Shown piece after piece: positions 1-10,678 of a DNA stretch of 64,000 bases. The notes under the pieces were generated by a model. It searched no databases. It saw only the letters and a list, made by a program, of their open reading frames with translations, and was not told where the DNA came from. Made by a program: the position numbers and the translations under genes. Within the stretch, counting starts at the first letter, position 1; every line of letters begins with the position of its first letter. Source of the stretch: Candidatus Poribacteria bacterium. GTDB taxonomy: Bacteria > Poribacteria > WGA-4E > WGA-3G. The DNA lies in the NCBI GenBank assembly GCA_965215265.1, contig OZ244048.1:1536001-1600000 (forward strand), read 5' to 3'.

Positions 1-1747
1 GCTTTTCCACGCAGATGTGGCGTATCAAACGGAACTCGCGGCAGCTCAGCTCTCGCCCACGTTTCGGGCATTGTTTGCCGCTGTCGATACCAAATACACA
101 TTGTCCGATGACATCCGGATTGAAATTCGTGAGCCCGGCACACGGTGGATGCTTATTGATGCTGAGAATAACCGGACGTATGAAATCCATAGTGAAGAGA
201 AAGGAGGTGCCGGGGCCCATCTAAGTGTTTATCAGGGAACCGTGAATCCGGAATTGGACACAGGCGAGATCGAGCTTGCAGTAGATGCGTTGCATCTGCT
301 GAATACGGCCAAAACACCGCCTTTTCCGGTTGAAGATGCAGTGGAAGTCGCCGAAGATATCCGGATGCAGTATCGCTTCATAGATCTGCGTCGTCCAGAG
401 ATGCAGAAGACGCTGGCTATCCGCCACAAAGCCGCGCTCGCAGCCCGAAACTATATGAACGAACACGGGTTCTTGGAAATTGAGACACCTATCTTGATGA
501 ACAGCACTCCGGAAGGTGCGCGCGATGTGCTTGTGCCGAGTCGCCATCATCTCGGTAAATTCTACGCCCTTCCTCAATCTCCGCAGCAATTTAAACAGAT
601 CTTAATGATGAGCGGCGTTGACCGTTACTTCCAGATCGCCCGATGCTTCCGCGATGAGGATACCCGTGCCGACCGGCAGCTGGAGTTCACACAACTGGAT
701 ATAGAAATGTCATTCGCCGATGTAGACGATGTGCTTGAAGTCACTGAGGGGCTGATGAAGCGGATTTTTGAAGAGGCGGGCAACATTCCTATCCAAACGC
801 CTTTTCTGCGGATGCCTTATCACGAATCCATCGCGAGGTTCGGGAATGATAAACCCGATACGCGATTCGGTATGGAACTCACAGACCTTTCGGATGTGAT
901 GGTGGATTCGGATTTTCAAGTGTTCACGCGGGCTTTAGCAACCGACGGTCAGGTGAAAGGTATCGCAGTGCCGGGCGGTGCGGATTTTTCCCGGAAGGAG
1001 ATTGAAGACCTGACCCAGTTTGTTTCTACCTATAGAGCAAAGGGATTAGCCTGGATAAAAGTTACGACAGACGGTTTCTCATCGGGTATCGTTAAATTTT
1101 TCACAACCGAGCAACTCTCAACGGCACGCGAACGGATGAATGCCCAGCCGGGCGACATCCTGTTCTTTGTGGCAGATCAGCCGAAGGTTGTTGCTGACGC
1201 ACTTGGTAACCTCCGCCTCCACCTCGGCAAAAAACTGAACCTCATTGACGAAAGCCTCTATAACTTCCTATGGATTGTGGATTATCCGTTGTTTGACTGG
1301 AACGCTGAGGAGAAGCAGTACGAACCGTTCCACCATTTATTTACGGGTGCTACACCGGAAACCGCGGCCCTATTAGACACTTCACCGAGGGACGTGCAGA
1401 GCCAACACTACGACCTGGTTTGCAACGGTTTTGAAATCTGCAGTGGGAGTGTCAGAATTCACCGGTGGGATATCCAGCAGAAGGTTTTCGACGTTCTGGA
1501 AATCAGTGCAGAGGATGTAAGAAATCGGTTTGGGTATTTCATAGATGCGCTTGAGTACGGCACCCCGCCGCATGCGGGCATCGCGCCTGGGCTCGACCGT
1601 ATCGTCATGCTGATGCGCAACGAAGAGAACATTCGCGAGGTCATCGCGTTTCCTAAGTCGCAGCAAGGGCTTTGTCCTTTGACGAATGCCCCGTCCGTTG
1701 TCACAGAAGAACAGTTAGAGGAGCTGTCTATTCGCGTGAATGTGTAA
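1..1747 (+). CDS. aspS: Aspartate--tRNA ligase, 5' end outside the window
   Basis: Class II aaRS motifs (FLEIETP, YALPQSPQQFKQILM, YFQIARCFRDED, YGTPPHAGIAPGLDRIVM) and GAD region; frame open from position 2, so the GTG at 17 is not the true start. Confidence 0.95.
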   Translation, partial: LFHADVAYQTELAAAQLSPTFRALFAAVDTKYTLSDDIRIEIREPGTRWMLIDAENNRTYEIHSEEKGGAGAHLSVYQGTVNPELDTGEIELAVDALHLLNTAKTPPFPVEDAVEVAEDIRMQYRFIDLRRPEMQKTLAIRHKAALAARNYMNEHGFLEIETPILMNSTPEGARDVLVPSRHHLGKFYALPQSPQQFKQILMMSGVDRYFQIARCFRDEDTRADRQLEFTQLDIEMSFADVDDVLEVTEGLMKRIFEEAGNIPIQTPFLRMPYHESIARFGNDKPDTRFGMELTDLSDVMVDSDFQVFTRALATDGQVKGIAVPGGADFSRKEIEDLTQFVSTYRAKGLAWIKVTTDGFSSGIVKFFTTEQLSTARERMNAQPGDILFFVADQPKVVADALGNLRLHLGKKLNLIDESLYNFLWIVDYPLFDWNAEEKQYEPFHHLFTGATPETAALLDTSPRDVQSQHYDLVCNGFEICSGSVRIHRWDIQQKVFDVLEISAEDVRNRFGYFIDALEYGTPPHAGIAPGLDRIVMLMRNEENIREVIAFPKSQQGLCPLTNAPSVVTEEQLEELSIRVNV

Positions 1748-1754
1748 CTCTAGG

Positions 1755-1840
1755 ATGATTCATAGCATAGATAACCTCAGACGAGATTTACACAGGACTT
1801 CACAAAACATAAACCTTTTAGGTACGGAGATATACGAAAA
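1755..1840 (+). repeat. Dispersed repeat unit, A arm
   Basis: atgattcatagcatagataacctcagacgagattt...ggtacggagatatacgaaaa, nearly identical to 4350-4435. Confidence 0.9.
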
Positions 1841-1977
1841 TAGATAGCTCTTCAGATCGATTAAAGGGAGTTGGGCTCCCACCCAAATCCCAAAACCCCG
1901 GTTGTGAGCCCTTGCAAGCAAGGAGTATACAACGGGGTTCATAACAGGATGAATTCTTTACGGAGATATACAAAAAT

Positions 1978-4119
1978 ATGATTCAAAACATAAACGGCTC
2001 CGAAATTTGTGCACTGACCCTCTGCATGGTGCTTTTCTTAATGCCGCTGTCCACCTCGGCGCAAACTGTTAATATCCCCGACGCGAACCTGCGTGCTGCC
2101 ATTGCAGAGGCACTTGGCAAAGCACCAGCCGCAACGATGACCGCGGATGAGATGGAAACTTTGACGCGGTTAGAGGCACCTGACAAAGGGATTCTTAATT
2201 TGACAGGGCTGGAGACTGCGAGAAATCTGGAAGAGATAAACCTTGACAACAATTTGATAACGGATTTATCGCCACTCACGGAATCCACCAGACTGCGTGG
2301 CATAGAGTTGAGACAGAACACGATCACAGATTTATCACCACTTTCAGAATTAATCAGCTTGACAGGACTAGCACTTGACTCTAATTTCATACGTGACCTC
2401 TCACCGCTGGCCGGATTAATCAATTTGAGATGGTTAGGTATTTCGGATAATATCATCTCCGATTTATCCCCCCTAGAGGGTTTGATAAAACTAGAGTCGA
2501 TATGGATGAGCGAAAACCCGCCCGTAGACCTGTCGCCTCTAGAAGGATTAATGAGTTTGACACGTTTCCACTCTTGGGGTACCCCCATACTAAACCTGGC
2601 ACCGCTTGCGGAATTGCCAAAGCTGAGAAAGATAGATATTTGTGGTGCTGGAATATCAGATCTCTCCGCTTTGGAAGGGGTAACGGGCTTAAAAGAACTG
2701 TATCTCGTCGGTAACAATATCTCAGACATCTCCCCGTTGGCGAGTTTAACACAGTTGACACGGTTGAGTCTTAAACATAACGAGGTATCGGATGTAAGAC
2801 CGCTTGCATCTTTGAGTAACTTGACATGGATAGAGCTTGAGGACAATGCGATATCAGACTTTTCGTCCTTGGATGTGTTTCCTGAGAATGTCACTATCCT
2901 TCGGCGCGACAACCCGGGATTCACACGCGCTGCACCGAAAATAGAGGGGCCGTGGTTGTGGGTTATAGTGTCAACAGAAGGAATGTCTGGTTCAAGAGCA
3001 GCAGCTTCTGGAAGAGATTTTCTGGAACATAGCAGTCAGAGTGCTGTAACAGAATTAGAAATTGCGACTCAGGGGGCGACAGAAGGCGATACTGTGGGGA
3101 ATAAAGTCTGGACAATCGGCAGACTCAGGAGAAAAGGGGGCAATAACATCAATGAATTGGTGAACGCTACAGGCCTGGGAACAGATGATATAAATCATCA
3201 TGTGGCTTATGGTCTGGTTACCTTGGACGCACCACGGGAGCAGAATACAAAGATGTTTGTTGGAAGCAGTGATGCTGTTAAGGTCTGGCTCAACGGAGAG
3301 TTGGTTCACGATAACCCTATAGACCGGGATGCTCATGGGTATCAAGAAAATTTCCCTGTCACGTTAAAACAAGGAACAAATATTTTGTTGGTTGCTGTTT
3401 ATGAGGGCGAAGGCTGGTGGAGCGGCTTTTTTGGCTTTGATGCTAGTGCAGACTATACAGTGCTTCTACCGGATACGCGAGTTAGGAGAGGACAGCCGCG
3501 TGTAGCAGATGTGAACGTGGATGGAGAGGTGAGCATTCTGGATCTGATTCTGGTAGCACGCGACTTGGAAAGAAACAAACCGCTTAACTTGCGAACAGAT
3601 ATAGACGGCGATGGAAAAGTCACTATCTCAGACCTGGACCTTGTGGCACAAAGTATGGACTCAATAACAGGTGCTGCCGCCCCTACCTCACTTGCGATGA
3701 ACGCCTATATTTCTTCAACAATGATACGCACGTGGATAGCACGTGCGCAGCTTGAAAACGACGGCTCGCTTCTCTTTGAGCAAGGCATAGCGAACCTGCG
3801 GCAACTTTTAGGAGACATGCTGCCCGAAAAGACACGGCTTCTGGCGAACTATCCGAATCCATTTAACCCTGAAACCTGGATACCGTATCAACTTGCACAA
3901 GCAACCCGTGTGCAGATCCGTATCTATGCGTCAAGTGGCACGTTAGTGCGCACCTTGGATTTAGGGCATCGGGCTGCAGGACACTATGAGCAGAAAAGCC
4001 GTGCCGCCTATTGGGACGGCCGCAATCAACTCGGTGAAGCTGTAGCAAGTGGTGTCTATTTTTACACATTATCTACAGCCGATTTCACGGGTACCGGCAA
4101 AATGCTCATCAGAAAGTAA
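1978..4119 (+). CDS. Secreted internalin-like LRR protein with dockerin-like domain and C-terminal FlgD-Ig/sorting-type domain
   Basis: Signal peptide, IPDANLRAAI cap, 22-aa LRRs, DVNVDGEVSILDL dockerin, NYPNPFNPETWIPY tail. Confidence 0.85.
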   Translation: MIQNINGSEICALTLCMVLFLMPLSTSAQTVNIPDANLRAAIAEALGKAPAATMTADEMETLTRLEAPDKGILNLTGLETARNLEEINLDNNLITDLSPLTESTRLRGIELRQNTITDLSPLSELISLTGLALDSNFIRDLSPLAGLINLRWLGISDNIISDLSPLEGLIKLESIWMSENPPVDLSPLEGLMSLTRFHSWGTPILNLAPLAELPKLRKIDICGAGISDLSALEGVTGLKELYLVGNNISDISPLASLTQLTRLSLKHNEVSDVRPLASLSNLTWIELEDNAISDFSSLDVFPENVTILRRDNPGFTRAAPKIEGPWLWVIVSTEGMSGSRAAASGRDFLEHSSQSAVTELEIATQGATEGDTVGNKVWTIGRLRRKGGNNINELVNATGLGTDDINHHVAYGLVTLDAPREQNTKMFVGSSDAVKVWLNGELVHDNPIDRDAHGYQENFPVTLKQGTNILLVAVYEGEGWWSGFFGFDASADYTVLLPDTRVRRGQPRVADVNVDGEVSILDLILVARDLERNKPLNLRTDIDGDGKVTISDLDLVAQSMDSITGAAAPTSLAMNAYISSTMIRTWIARAQLENDGSLLFEQGIANLRQLLGDMLPEKTRLLANYPNPFNPETWIPYQLAQATRVQIRIYASSGTLVRTLDLGHRAAGHYEQKSRAAYWDGRNQLGEAVASGVYFYTLSTADFTGTGKMLIRK

Positions 4120-4167
4120 TTTGTATATATCAGCACGTTACCCCCTGATGTGGCAGAATATCGTAGA

Positions 4168-4200
4168 TTGACATCCCGCCCGGAACCGGGCGGGAGTCAA
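4168..4200. repeat. GC-rich palindrome (terminator or REP-like)
   Basis: ttgac-a-tcccgcccgg-aa-ccgggcggga-gtcaa downstream of stop 4119. Confidence 0.55.
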
Positions 4201-4238
4201 CCGAACTTACCAACCCACTGGGAGCCTTTTGATGTTCT

Positions 4239-4435
4239 TTATTCATAACATAGAAAGCCTCGGACGAGATTTATGGAAGGGTTATCATAACATCAATCAC
4301 TGTTGGGCTCCTGTAGAGAAAAAAACGAAAAAAGGAGAGATACGAAAAGATGATTCATAGCATAGATAACCTCAGACGACATTTACACAGGACTTCACAA
4401 AACATAACCCTTTTAGGTACGGAGAGATACGAAAA
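4239..4435 (+). repeat. Two head-to-tail dispersed units (B arm then A arm)
   Basis: gacgagattt...gggctcctgtagagaaaaa followed by a copy of the 1755-1840 unit ending just before ATG 4437. Confidence 0.85.
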
Positions 4436-4436
4436 G

Positions 4437-7400
4437 ATGATGAAACAGATGAGAGCCTTCTACCTTCTTGTTGTTTTAACAGTTATCGCGCTAGGGGTTG
4501 GCACCGCTGATGCACAAAACCTCGCGCGACAGGCGTATGCTATCTTTGAACAAAACTGCCTGAACTGCCACGGCCCGCATGGTGCCTATACGGAGGAGCT
4601 CGTGATTGAATCCGCGCAAGGCTTGATTGATTCAGGCGTGGTGGTGCCGAGCAATGCTATCGGTTCGGAATTCTATCGCCGTTTGCTTGGCGATACGGAG
4701 AACGGTCTGCAGATGCCGTGGGGAAAACAGCCACTTTCGCCAGAAGCTATTGGAATAATCGGGGCCTGGATTTTAGCAGGTGCACCGAGCTGGGAGATTC
4801 AACACGATGTTGACTTCATTAGCACGGCTGATATGCTGAACACCATCCAAAGACATCTGGAGACGCTTTCCCCCTTCAACCGCCCCTTCGCGCGTTACTT
4901 TACGCTGACCCATCTCTATAACGCCGGCGAGCTGCCTGAGGCGCTGAGCGCCTACAAGATAGCCCTCTCTAAACTGATAAACAGCCTCTCGTGGGGGTTT
5001 GAGATTCACAATCCGGATGCCATAGGCCCGGCAGGGACGATATTCTACATAGATCTGCGGGACTATGAATGGGATACGAACGACGCATGGACATCGATAG
5101 AGCAGGTCTATCCGTATGCGATTGAGTTCGATGTTCAAACGCAAGCGCCGCTGCGTGACAAACTAATGCACCTCCGTGAAGAAATGGCTTGTGAGGTGCC
5201 GTATGTGTATGTCGATTGGTTCCTCGCGACGGCTGCCTTGCCGCCGCTCTATCACGATATCCTGGATCTGCCCCAAACCGACCGGGAGTTGGAGCGAAGG
5301 CTTGAGGTAGATGTGGCAAGGAATCTTCAGGCGGCACCGGGCGTGCGTGTGTGGCGTGCCGGGTTTAATGATTCCGGGGTGTCAAATCACAACCGCGTGG
5401 TTGAACGACACACGTCTCGGTATGGCGCATATTGGAAAAGCTACGACTTTGATGGGAGTGTAGGCACGCAGAATATCTTCACGCACCCATTGTCTTTCAG
5501 ACAGGATGGTGGTGAAGTCATCTTCAACTTGCCGAACGACTTGCAGGCATACTATATCTCGGATGAGTCTGGGAATAGGATAGATGTAGCGCCGACAACG
5601 ATAGTTTCTAATCCTGCGGCGAGAGATCCAGCAGTGCACAATGGGCTGTCGTGCATAGGGTGTCATACGGAAGGGATGAAGACGTTTGAGGATGGTGTGC
5701 GTTCTGTAGTACTCCAGGCGGGGAACCCACCGTTTGACAAAGAACAGGCGTTGCGTCTGTATGTTGAACAGGGCGAGATGGATGAGCTGGTGGCAGACGA
5801 TGCGAGGCGCTACAGTGAGGCGCTGAAGGAGACGGGTGGTGAACCTGGTGGGATTGAGCCTGTGCACCGTTTCTTTGAGGTGTATCAAGGTCCAGTTGAT
5901 GCGGCGTATGCTGCGGCATCGGTAGGCTTAAAAACTGGGGCGTTCCGGGAACAGATTCGTGCGAAGCCGAGTTTACAACGCCTGGGTTTGCTATCGCTAG
6001 TGGATGAGACGGGGAATGTGAAGCGTGATGCGTGGACGTCGCGTTTTCAGGAGATAGTGAGCGCGCTGAATTCCCCTGACGAGCCTGTTGTGACTCAGCG
6101 TGTGGTTGTGACACCGACGGGCACTTTTCACATCCCCGATGCGAACCTCCGTTCGGCAATTGCCGAAGCCCTCGGCAAAGCACCCGGTGCGGTGGTGACG
6201 GCGGAGGATATAGCAAGGTTAACGCGGCTTGATGCGGATGAAAGAGGCATCCGCGATTTGACAGGGCTTGAGGCGGCGACAAGACTGGAACGGATTGAAT
6301 GTCGTCATAATGCGATAGCCGACCTCTCCCCACTAGCCGGATTAACGCGTCTGAATAACATTAAACTGCGAGGGAACAGAATAACCGATGTATCGCCACT
6401 CGCCGACTTAATCAACGTGGACTGGCTGGGGCTTGAGGAGAACGCGATATCCGATTTATCTCCACTCAAAGGGTTAGTAAAATTGGACGGAATAGGGATT
6501 TCGGACAATCCTATATCGGATGTGTCGCCCCTTGCCAGTCTCATCAGCCTGGAAGGGATAAACGCTTGGCGTACCCATATTAACGACTTTTCCGTTTTGG
6601 CGAAGTTACCAAAGCTGGAGTGGATAGAATTTGGCGACAACAGAGCTATATCCGCATTGCCGTCTTTGAATGGATTAAAAGCGTTGAAACGACTGGAAAT
6701 CAATAACTGCAGCATCTCAGACCTCTCCGGGTTGGCGGAATTACAGCAACTGGAGTGGTTAACATTAGTTAATAACTTGATATCGGATGTGTCGCCATTA
6801 AGAGAGCTAAAAGACTTGAAACATCTGAATCTTGATGCTAACGTTATATCAGACGTGTCGCCGCTTGCAAAACTAACGCGGTTGGAAGTGCTGTACCTTG
6901 AGAACAACGTCATATCGGACACATCGCCGCTTGCAGGGTTAAACAACTTAGAACGGTTGGACCTTCGCAACAATGCGATACTCGACTTTTCGTCTTTAGA
7001 AGCATTACCTGATAAGACATTTATCCGGATGGACGGCAATCCGGGTTTCCCTTCGGGCGGTCCGAAAATAACAGGCCCCTGGTTATGGGCGATAGTACCG
7101 GGAATACGTCTTGATGACAACACAGATTTTCTGGCACGAGCAACGGGTGGTGCAGCGACAGAACTAAAGGTGGCTACCAACGGTGCAAAGGAAGGAAAGG
7201 CTGTGGGAGACAGCGTCTGGACACTTCACAAGCTGGCAGCTAGCGGTGGTAATAACATCAACCGAATGACAGATTCCCTTGGATGGGGGACAGGTGCAGA
7301 GATATATAACCATATCGTCTACGGTTCGGTTGTCTTGGATTCCCCGCATACACAAGAGACAACGATGCTGGTGGGTAGCGATGATGCAGTCAAAGTCTGG

Positions 7401-8651
7401 CTCAACGGAGAGTTGGTTCACCAGGCACTCGTTCATCGCGGGGCTGGCGATTATCAAGACTTTTTCCCCGTGACGTTGAAACAGGGGAAAAACGTGTTGT
7501 TGGTCGCGCTTGACAATCGTGGGCATGGCGGCTTTAGCGGCTTTTTCGGGTTTGCCTCAACTGCGAAATATGAAGTATTCCAACCGAGTCTCCGTTTTAT
7601 CTTTTCCACAGAGACGATGCAGGTCCAGGTCGGCGATACGTTTACCGTGCAGCTGAACGCCGAAAATGTCACCGATTTAGCCGGCTGGCAAACTGATATT
7701 GCGTTTGACTCCGCTGTGCTTGAAGCGGTTGAGGTGAGCGAAGGCGATTTTCTGAAAGCGGAGGGCGTAGATACCTTCTTTCAAGCAGGTGAGATTGATA
7801 ACAAAATCGGTAGAATTACCGGTTTAAACGCAGCGCGACTCTCCCACGCCACGTTGAGTAGACAAGGCACGCTGCTCTCGGTGAAATTCACCGCCATTGC
7901 AAGCGGAAAAAGCGGAGTGACACTGCCTAACTTTCAGGCAGGCTCCCGCGGCGGTCAGACAATCCCTTCGATACCGCCGGAGATGACCGTTGTTGTGGAG
8001 GGTTTGGGCACCCGCCCAAATCCTTCCTTACCTGCGTGGGATGTGAATCGAGATGGTGTCACGAATCTCGTGGATTTGATCCTGGTCGGGTCGGCGCTAG
8101 GGCAATTGCCTGTGAGGAATCCGCGAACAGATGTCAATGGGGATGGCGTTGTAGATGTGTTAGATCTCCAACTGGTTGCGGCACATTTTGGGGAAAGGAT
8201 GGTGCCGGCCGCGGCATCAAGCGCTACCTTGCCCGCGGATTTGACTGCGGAACAAGTGATATGGGTACTGAGTTTTTTACGAGATGCGGATGACGGTTCT
8301 GTTGGTTTAGAACGTGCGATTGCGAATCTCGAACAACTTTTAGGGGCGATGCTGCCGGAGAGAACCGCCCTGCTGGCGAACTATCCGAATCCATTTAACC
8401 CTGAAACCTGGATACCGTATCACTTGGCAACGAGTGCCGATGTGCAGATTCGTATCTATGCGTCGAGTGGGGCATTGGTGCGGACTTTGGATTTAGGACA
8501 TCAGGCTGCAGGACACTATGAGCAAAAAAGCCGGGCGGCGTATTGGGATGGAAAAAATGAAGCAGGTGAGGCTGTAGCGAGCGGTGTTTATTTTTATACG
8601 CTGTCTGCAGGCGATTTCACAGGTACCGGCAAAATGCTCATCAGAAAATAG
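4437..8651 (+). CDS. Secreted multidomain protein: c-type cytochrome (two CxxCH), LRR, cohesin, dockerin, C-terminal sorting-type domain
   Basis: CLNCH and CIGCH, LRR array, cohesin-like VGDTFTVQLNAENVTDLAGWQ, DVNRDG/DVNGDG; start moved to 4437 because 4350-4435 is repeat DNA and a signal peptide follows MMKQMR. Confidence 0.85.
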   Translation: MMKQMRAFYLLVVLTVIALGVGTADAQNLARQAYAIFEQNCLNCHGPHGAYTEELVIESAQGLIDSGVVVPSNAIGSEFYRRLLGDTENGLQMPWGKQPLSPEAIGIIGAWILAGAPSWEIQHDVDFISTADMLNTIQRHLETLSPFNRPFARYFTLTHLYNAGELPEALSAYKIALSKLINSLSWGFEIHNPDAIGPAGTIFYIDLRDYEWDTNDAWTSIEQVYPYAIEFDVQTQAPLRDKLMHLREEMACEVPYVYVDWFLATAALPPLYHDILDLPQTDRELERRLEVDVARNLQAAPGVRVWRAGFNDSGVSNHNRVVERHTSRYGAYWKSYDFDGSVGTQNIFTHPLSFRQDGGEVIFNLPNDLQAYYISDESGNRIDVAPTTIVSNPAARDPAVHNGLSCIGCHTEGMKTFEDGVRSVVLQAGNPPFDKEQALRLYVEQGEMDELVADDARRYSEALKETGGEPGGIEPVHRFFEVYQGPVDAAYAAASVGLKTGAFREQIRAKPSLQRLGLLSLVDETGNVKRDAWTSRFQEIVSALNSPDEPVVTQRVVVTPTGTFHIPDANLRSAIAEALGKAPGAVVTAEDIARLTRLDADERGIRDLTGLEAATRLERIECRHNAIADLSPLAGLTRLNNIKLRGNRITDVSPLADLINVDWLGLEENAISDLSPLKGLVKLDGIGISDNPISDVSPLASLISLEGINAWRTHINDFSVLAKLPKLEWIEFGDNRAISALPSLNGLKALKRLEINNCSISDLSGLAELQQLEWLTLVNNLISDVSPLRELKDLKHLNLDANVISDVSPLAKLTRLEVLYLENNVISDTSPLAGLNNLERLDLRNNAILDFSSLEALPDKTFIRMDGNPGFPSGGPKITGPWLWAIVPGIRLDDNTDFLARATGGAATELKVATNGAKEGKAVGDSVWTLHKLAASGGNNINRMTDSLGWGTGAEIYNHIVYGSVVLDSPHTQETTMLVGSDDAVKVWLNGELVHQALVHRGAGDYQDFFPVTLKQGKNVLLVALDNRGHGGFSGFFGFASTAKYEVFQPSLRFIFSTETMQVQVGDTFTVQLNAENVTDLAGWQTDIAFDSAVLEAVEVSEGDFLKAEGVDTFFQAGEIDNKIGRITGLNAARLSHATLSRQGTLLSVKFTAIASGKSGVTLPNFQAGSRGGQTIPSIPPEMTVVVEGLGTRPNPSLPAWDVNRDGVTNLVDLILVGSALGQLPVRNPRTDVNGDGVVDVLDLQLVAAHFGERMVPAAASSATLPADLTAEQVIWVLSFLRDADDGSVGLERAIANLEQLLGAMLPERTALLANYPNPFNPETWIPYHLATSADVQIRIYASSGALVRTLDLGHQAAGHYEQKSRAAYWDGKNEAGEAVASGVYFYTLSAGDFTGTGKMLIRK

Positions 8652-8652
8652 A

Positions 8653-8978
8653 TTTTTCGTCTACAGGAGCCCAATGACGCTCTATGTTTTTTAAAAACTT
8701 GTGCCTGTGGTGGTGCCCACCCGCCCTTTTCCAGTCTCTTCTTTCAGGAGAGAGGAGTTGGGCGGGTGGGCACCAAAAATCTCGTCTGAGCCTCTTTATG
8801 CTATGCCCAAGGAATCTCCGACGAGATTTACACACGAGCTATCAATAGCATAAGCGTTGATGGTACGGAGATATACAAAAAAGCGATGTTTAGATTCAAT
8901 ACATCAGGAGGCTCTGGCGAGATTTATACAGTAATTTACAAAACATAAACCTTTATGGTACGGAGATATACAAAAAAA
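8653..8978. repeat. Cluster of dispersed units: inverted B arm with nested palindrome, then two A arms
   Basis: ttttcgtctacaggagcccaa...aaatctcgtc, then two gagattt...ggtacggagatatacaaaa units; last ends at ATG 8979. Confidence 0.85.
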
Positions 8979-10550
8979 ATGAATGAAAAAAAAAGTGACA
9001 ATCTTAAACTTCTTTACGGAATTATCATCGCTATTGTTGCAGGTGCGCTTGTTGGGGGAGGGTTCCCAGGGGTAGCGGTGCATACGACGATACTCGGTGA
9101 AATTTTCTTAAACCTACTAAAAATGATAGTGATTCCATTGGTGATCTTCTCCATGATTACCGGTATCACGAATTTAGGCGACATTCGCCATATCGGTTCT
9201 ATCGGTGGTAGGACCGTGCTGTACTATATGGCAACCACGGGGCTCTCCGTGCTGGTGGGTATCCTTCTCGTCAACATTCTGCTGCCCGGCAAAGGCCTCT
9301 CGAAAGGTGAAGAGCATCCGGATTTGAATTATACGCTGAGCGGCGACATGTTGCAGAACGTCACATTAGCGGCTGAATTCAGTAGAAGTTATAACGACAA
9401 GTATGTCATCACCCTCACTGACCAGGGTGTCCGCGGTGAGTTAGGATCCATGTCGGGTACCACTGTCACCGTAAAATCATGGACACTACTGGATCCTGCT
9501 GCCAGATATGTGAGTACAGACAGTGGTGAACGTTTATTGTTCCTCGACGGGAAACCGGCCGAGATCCAACTTAACGCTAGTGGGCAAGGCGTTGACATCG
9601 GGCTTCCTATTGCTGGCAAAATACAAGACAAAAAAGAGCGGGATATGCTCAGCACCCTCAAGGAGGTGTTCCTCGGCAATCTGGAGACTGGAAAAGTGGG
9701 GATGATACCCGAAAATGTATTCAAGGCAATGGCTAATATGGATATTCTCCCCTTAATCTTTTTCTCAATACTTATCGGGGCCGCGCTTTCAGTACTCGGG
9801 GAGCCGGGGAAGCCTGTGATAGCGATGATTTCGGGGCTCAATGATGCCGTGATGCAGCTCGTTCACTGGATTATGTTTGTTGCCCCGGTCGGTATTTTCG
9901 GTCTCATTGCCGGCCGCATCGGAGAGGCAGATGGGTTTGTCGGTTTCTGGCCCGAACTCGTCGCCGTTGGAAAGTATAGTTTTACTGTACTACTAGGCCT
10001 CTCAATTCATGGAGCAATTGTCTTACCCGTAATACTCTTGCTGGTTGGTCGGAGAAATCCGTTAGATTATGTCAAGGGGATGGCAACGGCGCTCTTGAAT
10101 GCATTTTCAACCGCTTCTTCCAGTGCTACCTTGCCCCTCACGATGGAGGGAGTAGAGGAGGAGAACGGTATCTCAAATCGTACTTCGAGTTTTGTGCTGC
10201 CCTTGGGCGCCACAATTAACATGGACGGTACCGCATTATATGAAGCCATTGCAGTCATGTTCATTGCGCAGGTGTACGCGATAACGATGGAACCAGCGCA
10301 GCAGCTTATTGTTGTGCTGACTGCCACGCTTGCGGCGATTGGTGCAGCAGGAATCCCGGAGGCAGGCCTCGTCACAATGGTGATTGTGCTTCGTGCTGTC
10401 GATTTGCCGATTGAGGGAATTACCTTGATTCTCTCCGTGGATTGGTTGTTAGATCGGTTCCGGACGACTGTGAATGTTTGGGGCGATAGCATCGGGGCCG
10501 GTGTCATAGAGACATACGAACTGAAGGATTCTGTGGCAGAGAGTACTTAG
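8979..10550 (+). CDS. Dicarboxylate/amino acid:cation symporter (DAACS family)
   Basis: FSTASSSATLP and PLGATINMDGTALYE motifs; long soluble insertion after TM3. Confidence 0.92.
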   Translation: MNEKKSDNLKLLYGIIIAIVAGALVGGGFPGVAVHTTILGEIFLNLLKMIVIPLVIFSMITGITNLGDIRHIGSIGGRTVLYYMATTGLSVLVGILLVNILLPGKGLSKGEEHPDLNYTLSGDMLQNVTLAAEFSRSYNDKYVITLTDQGVRGELGSMSGTTVTVKSWTLLDPAARYVSTDSGERLLFLDGKPAEIQLNASGQGVDIGLPIAGKIQDKKERDMLSTLKEVFLGNLETGKVGMIPENVFKAMANMDILPLIFFSILIGAALSVLGEPGKPVIAMISGLNDAVMQLVHWIMFVAPVGIFGLIAGRIGEADGFVGFWPELVAVGKYSFTVLLGLSIHGAIVLPVILLLVGRRNPLDYVKGMATALLNAFSTASSSATLPLTMEGVEEENGISNRTSSFVLPLGATINMDGTALYEAIAVMFIAQVYAITMEPAQQLIVVLTATLAAIGAAGIPEAGLVTMVIVLRAVDLPIEGITLILSVDWLLDRFRTTVNVWGDSIGAGVIETYELKDSVAEST

Positions 10551-10678
10551 ATTCAAAACATAGAAAGGCTCAGGCGAGATTTATGCGAGGTTGCATATCA
10601 CATCTGTTGTGTTGTGCTGCAGTAGACGAAAGACGGTACGGAGATATACGAAAAGATGGTACCAAGATATACAAAAAA
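10547..10678 (+). repeat. B-arm unit plus duplicated A-arm ends
   Basis: ggcgagattt...gctgcagtagacgaaa then ggtacggagatatacgaaaa and ggtaccaagatatacaaaaaa. Confidence 0.75.

Noticed and set aside
1821-1840. T7/pET vector contamination (GGAGATATAC)
   Set aside because: Motif is embedded in a diverged native repeat; no T7 promoter or other vector sequence seen
4350-4436. ORF-track N-terminal extensions (also 8955, 19569, 38885, 50959, 56802)
   Set aside because: They translate repeat or intergenic DNA; better starts lie downstream
1983-7180. Long antisense ORFs over the LRR genes and other shadow ORFs
   Set aside because: Overlap well-supported genes on the opposite strand; no recognisable motifs
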